A stretch of 64,000 nt of DNA, from positions 1,935,661 to 1,999,660 of the forward strand of contig NC_069004.1 in NCBI RefSeq assembly GCF_001194135.2, written 5' to 3'. A program made the position numbers and the translations under genes. The DNA is from Octopus bimaculoides (lineage: Eukaryota). Below are positions 51,201 through 64,000 of the stretch, one piece after another. Numbering within the stretch: position 1 is the stretch's first letter; every line of letters starts with the position of its first letter. The notes below the pieces were generated by a model. That model was not told the DNA's origin. It searched no databases and worked only from the letters and a program-made list of their open reading frames with translations.

Positions 51201-53135
51201 CACAAGACACATTGGTTAGCTTAGGGCTAAAGTAGAATACACTTGCCCAAGGTGCCGTGCAGTGGGACTGAACCTAAAACTACATGGCTGCAAACAAGCT
51301 TCTTAACCATGTAAAGTGCACCACAAAGTCAAAAAAAAAAGATTAACTCCTGGCATAAATGTTTGTTGTTGTTGTATCATAGTATGGTTTTCTAACACAA
51401 ACGGAGGAAAAACTTTCCTTTTGTGTCAGGAAGCGAAACTAATGCTTTCGGTTCAAATCCTACTCTGATTCTGTTTCACCAATATCACTGACCCCTTAAT
51501 ATAAAGTATGGAAAGGCATTTCTCTAATAATTAAAAACATCTATTAGAATTATATATTACACAGCAATGGACATGTTGAGGCATCTTGTTAGAGTACAGG
51601 TATACATCCCAAGAACTTCTGTGACATTCTTGATATGGTTCTGGTACTTAAAACAAGATCTGCAGTGATATTCTTTTCATTAGAAATCTGTAGTGACATT
51701 CTTCTTAGAACAATGGTGAATCTAAATATATCCAGTGTTGTTTATACTAACAACACTGTGTGAATCTATATATAAACGACCAAACCTTCAAACAGCAGGT
51801 ATATGGTTTTTTTGGCTATGTTGCTATTATAATCTCTACTGGTTCGTGTTAACAAAGCTTGTAGCTTCATCATTTTGGCATCGAAATCAATATACAGGGT
51901 GAGGCCAGTGATTTTTATGATAGCAAACCTTGCCAAAACTAAAAGGAATTCCATGAATTTCTTCAAATGTTTTATCTGAGTTTTTTTTCTATTTTTGTTT
52001 TATTCTTTTCTGGTGAAAACTTTCAGGTTGTTAGTTTTTCTGAATGACATTAACAGCTCCACTTACTTAAGAAAGGCATGACTGCTACAACTTCCTATTT
52101 CCTCTCTCACTTTAAATCTAAGTTTTTCTAATCAAGAGATCTTCAGTGTTTGATAAGTTTCCTGAAAACTTACCATTTGTAGAGTTGCATAGAATTTTGA
52201 GCCGAAGGACTTCCTGATGGGATTGGTTCTGCTGCCATTAAACCCAGAGTAATCTGGATGCTGAAGGCTGAGACTGCTTGCTTTCTCTCTAATCCTTCCT
52301 ATTAACCACTTTCTGTTGTGCATTTCCTTTCAGTTCTAGTTGGACTTTACGAAGAACCTGATAAGCCAAACAATGCTTTAGAGTATCCTTTTTTCATTTC
52401 TTTCTCAGTCTTTTGGTAAGTTGTAAGATTTCATTCATTGTTTCATGCGATGGTGGCAGCAGAGCCTCCTCGAAGAGGTTCTACAAATCTCTTCCAACAC
52501 AGCTTCTCACTATTTTTCATGATCCATCGTCATCTCTTTTGTGAAGCTCAGCATCCTGAGATCAAACCTCGCTACATCTACCCATATCTTCTTCAGTCTT
52601 CTTCTTCCATTTGTATCATTTGAAATTTTTATCATGCAGCTGCCATCCTCCGTATCTATCCTCTATCCATAATTGTGCAGTCTTCCCTCTTGCACTCCAT
52701 ATCCAATTCCTCTCTTGCTTAATCTTTCATTCGGTTTATCTGTGTTCTATCATTCATGCACACCAACATTACACACCCAGCTGGACCTTTTTATCCCCCC
52801 CCCCCCGTCTTTATACATCCTCTGCATTCAATGTTTGTTTCAGTGCCATGCAACATCACGCTTTGGTCACTTGAAGAGAGAGGAACTTTTTTTTTTCTTT
52901 TTTGTTAGCAGTGGTGGTTCCCTGGACTTTTACCACTCTGTCCTATTGAGGTTTCTGCCAATGATNNNNNNNNNNGATATGTTTCTTGTTCTCTCTTTTT
53001 TCCACTGTTCTCTCTCAGTATTTCAGTGAGAGGAAGAGAAAAAAGTTTGAAAGAAACACACACACACACACACACACATATTCACTCACACACATAAACC
53101 TGCCTTAGCTTCCAGAAAGGATTGAAAGTGTGCTT

Positions 53136-53175
<40 letters not shown>

Positions 53176-54105
53176 TCATACAAACACACACACACTTAAA
53201 TCTGTCTTCGATCCCAGGAAATATTCCTTGTGATGTTGAGTTTATCCTTAAGTGAACCTAACCAGATTTTTGAAACAGCATCTTGGTGTTTCCGGTCCTG
53301 AAACAGCAGATGTAGATGCCTTGAAGTTAGAGGTCATAGAATTACAGGAGAAAGTGGAACAACTTCAAGAGGAGAATTCAGATCTCAAAAGCAAGGTAAG
53401 ATTCATCACCATCATCATCACCATCATCATTTAGTGTCGCGTTTTCCAGGCTGGCATGGATTAGACAGTTTGGTTGGAAATGGTAAGCCAGAGAGCTACA
53501 CCAGACTCCAGTCTGATTTGGCTCCATTTCTATGGCTGGATATCCTTCCTAACACCAACTACTCCAAGAGTATAGTAGGTGCCTTTTGCGTGTCACTAGC
53601 ACGGGTGCCCCTAATGTGTTATGTTGTTCTTTAGCTACTTCCAAATAGATTTATGACATAGGGTGCTTGTAAATGCATTCATGCTAACTTTGAGGTCTTT
53701 CATGGATAAAAGTGGAATGGTCAGTATCAATGTCCTACATCTGCTCTTCCATGCTGACATATTGTCTGCTTTGGCATGGTTTCTATGGCTGGATGCCCTT
53801 CCTTATGCCAGCTACTTCACTAATTGCACCAGCACTAAAGAGGGTACCTTGTAACTTGTAAGACGAAGGACCTAAAGGGATCTAAGTAACTAAAGGAGAA
53901 TAGGAAGAAGATGGTTTAATGTTTCTAAGCAGGATGATGAGATGGGGTAAAGTGAGATGAGAGAAACTGATGTAGTTTTTAAATTTGTTGAAATATTGAC
54001 ATGTTTTATGGTTTAATGAATCAATGTTTTTTTCTTATATTTGTATTCTATTTGCAGCTTCAACAATATGAACCCAATTTGACAGAACAGTCTGTTGATA
54101 ACTAA
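40595..54105 (+). CDS. MYCBP: c-Myc-binding protein (AMY-1), 5 exons, ~105 aa
   Basis: Exons 40595-40612, 49913-49985, 52334-52382, 53266-53395 and 54058-54105 give MTTSYKPADSKREEFRKYLEKAGVLDALTKVLVGLYEEPDKPNNALEFLKQHLG...LQQYEP, closely matching MYCBP MAHYKAADSKREQFRRYLEKSGVLDTLTKVLVALYEEPEKPNSALDFLKHHLG. Confidence 0.93.
40980..41325. repeat. Compound (ATCT)n/(ATGT)n microsatellite in MYCBP intron 1
   Basis: Directly visible. It is the source of the spurious ORFs at 40923-41518. Confidence 0.9.
43130..44030 (+). mobile_element. RTE-clade LINE 3' fragment
   Basis: Degenerate ILEDVASFSDLDSVI...DVSNRIGKVGTAF...LYG...LETFHQQRLQKIL, typical of the RTE RT thumb and C-terminus. Confidence 0.6.
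51500..51960 (-). mobile_element. RTE-like LINE RT fragment
   Basis: Minus-strand LTLYIDFDAKMMKLQAL... resembles the RTE LTFIDF.KAFD...GKMMKIL motif. Heavily decayed. Confidence 0.4.
52383..53265 (+). other. U12-type (minor spliceosome) GT-AG intron, MYCBP intron 3
   Basis: 5' splice site GTATCCTTTT. Branch-like TCCTTAAG at 53245-53252, ~14 nt before CCAG|, with no polypyrimidine tract. Splicing here restores the conserved ALE/DFLK frame. Confidence 0.85.
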
Positions 54106-54584
54106 CCATCCTCTGTTGTCATGTCCCACTGCTGTTGTCACATCCACACACATGACTGGCCTTATAACACTGGATGGCTTTAACTTTCCACTTAATTCAA
54201 ATAGAATTTTGAAAAGCAATTTATTTTTTATGTTTGTTTATTTGTTATTCTTTATTTCTATTGGTATTTCATATCATTTAGTTTCTCTCTATCTCTCTCT
54301 CTCTTTATCCCTCCCTCCTATCTACCTATCTATTTATCATCAATCTATCTATCTATCTTCCTGTCTGTCTATATATGTCATCTGGTTACCTGTCTATTTA
54401 TCTGTCTCTCTCATCACCTATACCTTCAGTAAATAACTGTCTCATTGGTTGCTATTATCAACAGCTGTTCTGGAGGGATACTCAGAACAGATTTCATATC
54501 CCACAATGCATTATCGCTGGGAGCCCCCATTGTTTGCTGGCTCCCAGTTGACAATTTGTTATTCAGTTGTGAAATAGTCTCATG

Positions 54585-54590
54585 AATAAA
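54585..54590 (+). terminator. Candidate polyadenylation signal of MYCBP
   Basis: AATAAA ~480 nt after the stop codon. Confidence 0.45.
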
Positions 54591-57509
54591 AAAAAAAATT
54601 AAAAAAAAAAGACAATGCTTCAATTGTTTAACTTATTTTCAATTTCATCTTTTTAAGTTAATAAAACATTTTTCTGTAATGAATTCTCTGATAATATCTG
54701 TTGTTAATTTGCATGGGTGAATGGTTAAGAAGTTCACTTCTCAATCACAAGATCCCAGTTTCAATCCCACTGTGGAGCATCTTAGGCAAGTGTCTTTTAA
54801 CTCTTTAGCATTCGGATTACTTTCTCTAATGTAATACTGATTTATTTCTTCTTTTATGAATTAATCCTGCATTATCTCATAGCTTTGAGATTTCAAAACT
54901 GTCCGATGAACGGAAACGTGAAACTCTGAGTAACAGCTTTTGTGATGTCTTTGCAGCTTTATTAATAAAGTATACATATATATATATATANNNNNNNNNN
55001 NNNNNNNNNNNNNNNNNNNNNNNNNNNNNNNNNNNNNNNNNNNNNNNNNNNNNNNNNNNNNNNNNNNNNNNNNNNNNNNNNNNNNNNNNNNNNNNNNNNN
55101 NNNNNNNNNTATATGTATGACAAGCTTCCTTTAGTTTCTAGCTACTAAATCTACTCACAAGGCTTTGGTTGGTCCACTGCTACAGAAGTTATGTCAAGTA
55201 TTTAACAGAAGGCAGACTGAGTCTAACAAAATCTTCAACGTTAAATAATTCTTAATCAGAAAAAAAAACGAAGGCAGAAATATAAATATAGATATTAAGC
55301 ATAATCTATGTTCTGATTACTCTATTGATTTTTGTTTTCCCCTGATTTCGCTCACTTGTATGAGCAGAAGAGTTATTTTTACAGCTGGACGTAATTTTTA
55401 TTGATAATCACTCAACTGTGAAGTAGGAGAGGAACCTGTTTTGTCAGCCAGATTAAATGGAGCAATTTATAAACTAACACAATGTCACCATTGTTGAAAT
55501 GATGTTATATTGTTTGTGTTGGAGATGTTATTGCTCGTTTGATGTATTACGAATTGGCTTGGGTCATTAGAGCACCGGATTGAATGGTTTGCAGCAGTTG
55601 TTCTGAATCTTTGTACCCTGAATTCAAAACCTACCCAGGTCAACTTTGCTTCTCTTCTGGTGGTAAATAAATAACTAGCTGAGAGTGGTAGATGGGTAGA
55701 ATTATCAGTGCATCAGATGGTGTGCCTTTTGGTATCTGTTACATCTTTATATGTTCCATGTTCAAATCCTGGCTCCTGCCACAGGAAAAAGAAAAAGGGA
55801 CAAAGACTTTTTCTATGAGAAGTTCCGATTAACAGACAAATATTCTTTTCCACTCTAGGCACAAGGCCCGAAATTTTGGGGGAGGGGGCCAGTCAATTAG
55901 ATTGACCCAGTACGCAACTGATATTTATCGACCTTGAAAGGATGAAAGGCAAAGTTGACCTCGGTGGAATTTGAACTCAGAATGTAAAGACAGACAAAAT
56001 ACTGCTAAGCATTTCGCCCGCCATGCTAACGTTTCTGCCAGCTCTCCACCTTTCANNNNNNNNNNNNNNNNNNNNNNNNNNNNNNNNNNNNNNNNNNNNN
56101 NNNNNNNNNNNNNNNNNNNNNNNNNNNNNNNNNNNNNNNNNNNNNNNNNNNNNNNNNNNNNNNNNNNNNNNNNNNNNNNNNNNNNNNNNNNNNNNNNNNN
56201 NNNNNNNNNNNNNNNNNNNNNNNNNNNNNNNNNNNNNNNNNNNNNNNNNNNNNNNNNNNNNNNNNNNNNNNNNNNNNNNNNNNNNNNNNNNNNNNNNNNN
56301 NNNNNNNNNNNNNNNNNNNNNNNNNNNNNNNNNNNNNNNNNNNNNNNNNNATACTGCTAAGCATTTCGCCCGCCATGCTAACGTTTCTGCCAGCTCTCCA
56401 CCTTTCACGTAGAGTCAGCAAGATGGAAGAAATATAAGACATGTTCTTTTCAGTACACTTTGTAAAGCGGTTGGCATTAGGAAGGGCTTGAACCTGTAGA
56501 AACCATGGCAGGACAGACACTGGAGCTTGGTACACAGCTCCCAGCCTTGCCAGCTCATGTCATCCTGTCCAACCCATGCCAGCATGGAAAACAGACATTC
56601 CCTTCATATATATATATATATATACATATATATATACATATATATATATATATGTGTAACAGATGCGGTTGCCAAATGCGAAAAAATGTTGCAGATGCTG
56701 ATGCTGGCTCCAGGAAAGAAGGACAGTGGCCGAAGTTGTGATAACCAAACTTTATTTACTGTTACTTTTTCTGAATGCCAAACCATGATGGGTAGGCATG
56801 CTTTACATGTACCCTGTTGTTTTCAGCAGTAATTGATAGATAGATAGAGTGAAGATGCCAGTCAGCCAGTGATGAAGAGGCAGAGAGTGACTGGCAGGAC
56901 GGCTGGAGCTGTCTGTGCCATTGCGTTTGGTTGCGGCAGCCAAGAACACTTCACATTGTGGTGGTCGAGGCTTTCTCTAATCTTCTGCTCACAGAGCGCT
57001 GGTATTTATAATAGCACATTCCAGCTAGAAAGATGGAAATATACCATTATAAGAATAGCTTATACTCATCTAGGTCACTTGCTATCCATTTGAACTCTTC
57101 CTGACACAACAAGGTGGTGCCCCAGCATGGCTGCAGTCTAATAACCACAATAAGTAAACGATGAAAAAAAACATTTGTACCATTTGCGTACTGGGGTCGA
57201 TCTAATCAACTGGCCCGCTTCCCCAAAATTTCGGGCCTTGTGCCTACAGTAGAAGAGAATGTGTACATTGAGTAGTAAAGAGTCTTGTGTTCTGTTATTC
57301 TATTATTGATGTTAAGGTTGATTTATTTTCATTTTCAAACTCTAAAATTATTCTAAAACGAGCAAACACACGGAACATACCATTGTGAGGGACATAGATG
57401 TTTTGACACCGTTTCTCGATTGAATATACTTTTGGAAAATAACTTTTTTTTTTACAACCACGATTTCCGTTTTTGTTTACGTGAAATTATTAAAAAAAAA
57501 AAGATTTGT

Positions 57510-57906
57510 AAGATTTAGCTGTTATTTCTAGCACGTGGAGAGACCTTCTAGGCTTAACTTTATGTGTTGATTGAAAATCACCTAAAAAAGATTCTGGAGT
57601 TGATACATTCAAAGCGGTGCCCCCAGCATGGCCGCGGTCCAGTGACTGAAACAAGTAAAAAGATTTTTAGAAAATTTTAAAAAAAAACGAAGAATAACCA
57701 AAAAATATAACCGAGGTAGATTATGGAAAAATTTCAAGAGATTTGGCTGTTATTTCTAGCATCTAGAGTGAACTTCTAGGCTTAACTTTGTGCGCTGGTT
57801 GAAAATCATCTAAAGAAATTCTGGGGTCGATACGATCGACTAAAAGTTCCTGAAGTTGGTGCCCCAGCATGGCCGCAGTCTAATGCCTGCAACAAGTAAA
57901 AAGAAA
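57510..57906 (+). repeat. Tandem pair of SINE family C 3' halves
   Basis: gattt(a/g)gctgttatttctagc...ttctaggcttaacttt...ccccagcatggccgc...aacaagtaaaa occurs twice, abutting an N-gap. Confidence 0.55.
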
Positions 57907-59495
57907 NNNNNNNNNNNNNNNNNNNNNNNNNNNNNNNNNNNNNNNNNNNNNNNNNNNNNNNNNNNNNNNNNNNNNNNNNNNNNNNNNNNNNNNNNNNNNN
58001 NNNNNNNNNNNNNNNNNNNNNNNNNNNNNNNNNNNNNNNNNNNNNNNNNNNNNNNNNNNNNNNNNNNNNNNNNNNNNNNNNNNNNNNNNNNNNNNNNNNN
58101 NNNNNNNNNNNNNNNNNNNNNNNNNNNNNNNNNNNNNNNNNNNNNNNNNNNNNNNNNNNNNNNNNNNNNNNNNNNNNNNNNNNNNNNNNNNNNNNNNNNN
58201 NNNNNNNNNNNNNNNNNNNNNNNNNNNNNNNNNNNNNNNNNNNNNNNNNNNNNNNNNNNNNNNNNNNNNNNNNNNNNNNNNNNNNNNNNNNNNNNNNNNN
58301 NNNNNNNNNNNNNNNNNNNNNNNNNNNNNNNNNNNNNNNNNNNNNNNNNNNNNNNNNNNNNNNNNNNNNNNNNNNNNNNNNNNNNNNNNNNNNNNNNNNN
58401 NNNNNNNNNNNNNNNNNNNNNNNNNNNNNNNNNNNNNNNNNNNNNNNNNNNNNNNNNNNNNNNNNNNNNNNNNNNNNNNNNNNNNNNNNNNNNNNNNNNN
58501 NNNNNNNNNNNNNNNNNNNNNNNNNNNNNNNNNNNNNNNNNNNNNNNNNNNNNNNNNNNNNNNNNNNNNNNNNNNNNNNNNNNNNNNNNNNNNNNNNNNN
58601 NNNNNNNNNNNNNNNNNNNNNNNNNNNNNNNNNNNNNNNNNNNNNNNNNNNNNNNNNNNNNNNNNNNNNNNNNNNNNNNNNNNNNNNNNNNNNNNNNNNN
58701 NNNNNNNNNNNNNNNNNNNNNNNNNNNNNNNNNNNNNNNNNNNNNNNNNNNNNNNNNNNNNNNNNNNNNNNNNNNNNNNNNNNNNNNNNNNNNNNNNNNN
58801 NNNNNNNNNNNNNNNNNNNNNNNNNNNNNNNNNNNNNNNNNNNNNNNNNNNNNNNNNNNNNNNNNNNNNNNNNNNNNNNNNNNNNNNNAAAAGTCTGTCC
58901 ATTCCAGACATTGAGAACTTTACTACGTCTTGGCACAACTAATTTGATTAGATGCATAAGTTTGCTGAAAATTAATTTTAAAATGAACGATATCTGGAGA
59001 TGAAAAACGAATGAAAACAACACAATTTTTAAAGAGAGTGAAAAAAAAAACCTCAATCATTCTTCATCTAAAGTCGGTAATTGGTTCCAAGTTAATGCGA
59101 CTTAAATCGAAAAACCAGATAACACGAAAAAACATAAAAAAAAACTTTATTAGCTTATATCTATTTCAATAAATGGTTTAATTGATTTTCCACTTCAGTA
59201 TTGAATTTTTGGTGATTTTTTTCTAATTCTTATGCTTTTAAATATGTTCACTGGGACCGAGGTAAAGTCGGATAAATCGACTTAAGTTGAAATTTATTTT
59301 TTCTCTCAATTTCTGAAGACAACGACGTAAAATCGCAAAAGACATATCTCGAAACGATGTATGTTGAGGTACACCTGTATTTGTGAACACATTGGATTTT
59401 CTTGTTTCAACCCAAGAAACCCAGAAATCTTTTAGTAAGGTTATTGTTTTCCCTATGACACCGACTTCACACCAGTTACTTCCCTTATTTGAAAA

Positions 59496-60576
59496 ATGGC
59501 GGACGGTGACAACGATGTCGGCGAACAGTGAGTGAAATTTTATTCCCTTTAACTTTTAATATTTCGGACTTTATTTAATACATAAGAATATCGTTGGAAA
59601 AATTCTGCTTAGAACTATTCCTGTTTTACTTACGTTTACAAAGACATCATTTCTTATATACACATTCAGAAGTATTTTTCTGATCCCGTGTGAAGACAGG
59701 TTTTTCTTTTTAAATTTAGTCCATTCTGTGAAATAACAATTTCGGAGGTTTGCCATAATTATATTATGATATAATGTTGCAAATGTTATAGTTTATATTT
59801 CGTTGGTAGTTGCATTTCGTTTGTTTAGTCTTCACTTTATACTGGGCGGAAGAATAAATGTACACTCCAGGCTGATTTACTCAAACGAACGTACCTCATG
59901 TAAAGACTGTATTTTCCGCTGTTATTTAACATTAAATACTTTGTATTGGTTATCTGTTGTTTATTCCTTCAAGTCAAATAATACATTGGAATCTGTTGCG
60001 ATATAAACACATTCCTTGATGTTCTTAGTTAAAATAAACAAACCAGTCATGATGTCACATGGGCTTTGTTTTTTAAGAATCATACAGTGTATATTTCATG
60101 GCTTGGTCAGAAGAGGACTGCACCCATGGTCTTTTGCGGTTCCTGCGAAGTGAGATTATGAGGTGGGGGAGAAGTCACAGCATTAGGAGACAATGTAGGC
60201 ATAACTACAGGGTTTAAAACCCTGTAGTTATGCCGACAATGTATCATGTTATTGAGTAATCTTTAGATCGGTCCGAATATTAGAACCAGGTGCAGAGGTT
60301 TGGTTGTGTGGTTTAGAAGTTCGTTTCGCAATCAATACATTGAAGAGGTTTCGTTGTTGGTTGTTACTAGTTGAGACCCAGTGAATGCTTATTCTTTTGT
60401 TTCATTTTTGACTGTGGCCATGCTGGAGCACCGCCTTATTAGTCGAAGAAATCGACCCCTGGACTTATTCTTTGTAAACTTGGTACTTATTCTATCGGTC
60501 ATTAATGTATGCCGAACCGTTAAGTTACGGGGATCTAAACACACCAACATCGGTTGTCAAGCAATGATGGTTGGAG

Positions 60577-60610
<34 letters not shown>

Positions 60611-62997
60611 GTACACACACACACACGACAGGCTTCTTTCAGTTTCTGTCTACCAAATCCATTCACAAGTCTTTGGTCGGCCCGAGGCTATACTAAAAGA
60701 CACTTACCCAAGGTGCTACGCAGTGGGACTGAACCCGGAACCATGTGGTTGGTAAGCAGGCTTCTTACCACACAGCCACTCCTGCGGCTATACTTAACTA
60801 TTCATTCTTCCCATGACTCACCTGATCATTGCGAATCACTTCAGCTTCCTTACTTGAAAAACGGTTAAGGGTTAGTGACAGGAAGGGCATCTGGCTATGA
60901 AACAATGTCTCTATAAGAAGTATTGTCCAACCCATGCTAGCATGGAAAAACGGACGTAAAACAAACATATGAATGAACATTACATGAGCAATTTTATTTT
61001 TAGATTGGAAGACTTAGATGCTGCTTATGATGAAGAACCTTTGGATGAACCAATTGAAAACCCGGAGGTGAGTTATACTTTCTTAGCAGACTTCAGCCTA
61101 GATCAGTGCTTCTCAGTTGGGGTCCATGTGACTCTTTGCGCGTCCAGGTAAGTGTTTTGTTGTTAAAATTTATGTGCAATAAATAACAACATCTGATAGC
61201 CTGTGATCAACCAGGCTATTAGATGTTGTTACACATCGCTGGTCACAATGTGCTTTGCGTTGTTTTAGCCTTTGAGTGACGTCACCCTGCTGGCTAGGTG
61301 AGCAGGCCAACATTCCCCACTGGTTGAAAAGAGTACAGGAGTGATGTGAAATGGAGTGTTTTGCTGAAGAACATAGCACGCCGCCCAAACTGGGAATCGA
61401 GACCACAACCTGGTGATCGTGAGTGCAACAGCCTAACCACTAGGCCACGTGCCTTCACAAACTGGCTACACTTGTACAATACACAAAATGTTTTAATCTT
61501 CTTTTTATACAAATTTCTAATAATTTTGTAAAAATACACTAAGATTTTTTTTTTTTTTTATAAACATGGAATGGTCCAGAGAGTAAAAGAAGAATCAAAA
61601 AGATCCATGGGCAAAAAATGGTTAAGAAGCACCGGCCTTGATGGTGAATTGTCCTGGGTCATTGCAATATTGGATAGAATGCCTGGTTGTATTTCTTTTC
61701 ACTCTCTATGCTCTGAGTTCAAATCCCACTATGATCAACTCTGCTTTTGATCATTTCAAGGGTTGATAAAAGGGGTACCAATCTGCTCGTTTACAACCAT
61801 CACATGATGTAAAGACACACTTAAATGAAGGGCTTCTTTTGGTTTTCACCTACCAAATCTTCTGACACCACATGGTTGTTAAGCAAGCTTCTCAACCACA
61901 TAGCCAAGCCTATGCCTTGCTGATTGTTATAATCCCTCGATGCCAATGACGTTCTTGAAAGAGGCATGAGTATTGTAACTGTCTCCTTCCCTTCATACAA
62001 AAAAAAAAATTTTCTTTTTTTTTCATTCTGTCCTTCTTTATTTTAAGGAATCTGAAAATATTGACATCCTTCCAAGCAGTGAAGCATCTCTGAAAGTGGA
62101 CCACGACAAAAGAATCACAACACCATTTATGACAAAATATGAACGAGCTCGAGTGCTTGGTACAAGGGCCTTACAAATAGCGTGAGTTATTTTTGTGTTG
62201 TGCATTTTGTAAATTTTTATATTTATATTTACGTGCTGGTGGCACGTAAAAGCACCCACTACACTCTCAGAGTGGTTGGCGGTAGGAAGGGCATCCAGCT
62301 ATAGAAACTCTGCCAAATCAGATTGAAGCCTGGTGCAGCCTTCTGGCTTGCCAGTCCTCAGTCAAATCGTCCAACCCATGCTAGCATGGAAAGCAGACAT
62401 TAAACGATGATGACGATGATGATATTTTTTTTTTGTAAGCTGGAAGTGTGGACATGTTTTTGAAGAACATTGGAAATGAACGGCACCGTTTGTATGATAG
62501 TGTGAATGGTTTTACAACAACTGTGTGATGTCAAGTCAGGGAGTCACAATCATGCAGATATGGGTCCATGTTGTTGCCATGTTAAAAGCACCCAGTACAC
62601 TCTGAAAAATGGTTGGCTTGGGAGAACATTCAGTTTTAGAAACCAAGTCAAAACACATTACTGGAGCCAGTTATTCCAGCCCTAGCCAAACTGTCCAATC
62701 CATGCCAGCATGGAAAATGGGCATTAAATAATGATGATGTGCTTCTTTTAGTTTCTGTCTGCCAGATCCACTCACAAAGCTTTGGTCAGCCCAGGACTAT
62801 AGTAGTGAGTGCCATGCAGTACCGAAACCCTGTGGTTAAGAAACAAACTTCTCTGCCACACACTCCATGCCTGTGTCTTCTGTTTTGTAATGAATGATTA
62901 AACTCAATCAACTTTTGAACTGCAGGATGTGTGCTCCAGTCATGGTCGAACTCGAAGGTGAAACAGATCCATTACAGATAGCTATGAAGGAACTCAA
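59496..62997 (+). CDS. POLR2F: RNA polymerase I/II/III shared subunit RPABC2/RPB6 (4 exons seen; last exon beyond window)
   Basis: Exons 59496-59527, 61004-61067, 62048-62181 and 62926-62997 encode an acidic N-terminus, then [48 protein letters not shown], the RPB6 signature. The C-terminal exon was not seen before 64000. Confidence 0.95.
60198..60234. repeat. Perfect 18-bp-arm palindrome in POLR2F intron 1
   Basis: GGCATAACTACAGGGTTT-A-AAACCCTGTAGTTATGCC. Confidence 0.9.
60385..60785 (-). mobile_element. SINE family C, full length
   Basis: Reverse-complement match to 25490-25875, including the central (TA)n(CA)n tract. Further full copies at ~19335-19735 and ~50925-51310. Confidence 0.75.
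61170..61455 (-). mobile_element. tRNA-derived SINE in POLR2F intron 2
   Basis: Reverse complement ggcacgtggcctagtggttagg...ggtctcgattcccag has box A/box B-like motifs. Confidence 0.6.
62232..62425 (+). mobile_element. SINE/LINE-tail family B ending in (GAT)n
   Basis: gtggcacgtaaaagcacc...gtggttggcggtaggaagggcatccagc...ccaacccatgctagcatggaaagcagacattaaacgatgatgacgatg. Many copies in both orientations (~405, 1832, 6750, 8118, 11525, 28866, 37545, 39520, 41823, 42915, 49540, 53403, 56440, 60850, 62580, 63390). Confidence 0.75.
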
Positions 62998-63955
62998 GTA
63001 TGTATTATTTTCATTAACCACTTCTCTGATTGGCTTAGATGAGTGGGATTAATATGGTCGGTTCTTCTGTTTGGACTTTTTTTTTATTTTGGTGTAGAAA
63101 GCATCATCAAAGGATTGGAAGATGTGTTTCTCAATTGTATAAACTAGTAAAGGGTGCCAATCACTGTATTTATCCATATAAATACGTTGCGCTGTTTTAT
63201 TCTAGATTTTAATTTGTACAGGAACAAAGCTAAAACGGTGAAGGGGAGAAAATTTTTACTGAGACAACATTAAATTAGAATGTGATATGGATAAGTAAAT
63301 CTGGAAGGTAGTCTTAATCAGCCCTTTAGCATTCAAAATGGCAATATCAGATTCAAATATTCTACTGGTTTTACGTTGATCTGAGCCAGATCCAGCTGTA
63401 AGAGCCATGCCAAGACTGACCATCCCTGTGCTGGTGCCATGTGAAAAGCACTCAGTCCACTCTGCTGGGTGGTTGGTGTTAGGAGGGGCAGCCAGGTGTA
63501 AAAATCATTCCAAAACAAACACCAAAGCTTGGTCAGCTCCTGTCAAATTGTCTGACCCATGCCAACATGGAAAGCAGATGTTGAATTATGATTTATTCAT
63601 TATAATCAAGCTGTTCTGCAAGAATCTCCTCAATTTTTACATACAACACTCTGTTTACCTGGATTTGCATCAGAGAATTCCTCTGTGCCATGTCTTTCTG
63701 GGTTTCTTTCTACCTCTGAGACAAGGTAAAAAGCTTAACTTCAAACATTTAGCATCACCTTCCTGCAGGTCATGATTTAATGCATTCAGTATGCACAGGT
63801 GTGGATGTGTGGTTAAGAAGCTTGCTTTCCAGGCCGCATGGGAATGAGTTCAATCTCACTGTGCAGCATCTTGGACAAGATGTGATTTCTATTATAGCCC
63901 CAGATCTACAAAAGTATATGGTAGATGGAAATGGAAGAAGCCCATTGTGTCTATA

Positions 63956-64000
<45 letters not shown>

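Noticed and set aside
55998-56407. Identical ~57-nt sequence on both sides of an N-gap
   Set aside because: Most likely overlapping contig ends (a scaffolding artefact).

Overview
This is AT-rich eukaryotic genomic DNA full of microsatellites and SINEs, with several N-gaps. The SINE families and (TA)n-flanked gaps point to a coleoid cephalopod, probably Octopus (inference). All five protein-coding genes I can build lie on the + strand: two tandem OTULIN-family (FAM105, OTU-fold) deubiquitinase paralogs (A: 5282-9301, 5' end not found; B: 17872-26142), then HAUS2 (29964-35605), MYCBP/AMY-1 (40595-54105) and POLR2F/RPB6 (59496 to past the window end). All were assembled by eye from splice sites; most ORFs in the supplied track are microsatellite, SINE or N-gap artefacts. 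The most interesting system is the OTULIN pair. Both copies keep the Cys/His/Asn triad, but their differences concentrate on predicted ubiquitin-binding surfaces while the helical core is identical. Copy B appears to lack the LUBAC-binding PIM, and its catalytic-Cys exon has three in-frame tandem splice acceptors and is bracketed by 85-bp hairpin-containing direct repeats. MYCBP contains a U12-type (minor spliceosome) intron. Relics of R4/Dong, RTE and CR1 LINEs, a maT-like Tc1/mariner and a young long-TIR MITE are also present. Human residue numbers are from memory and should be checked by alignment.
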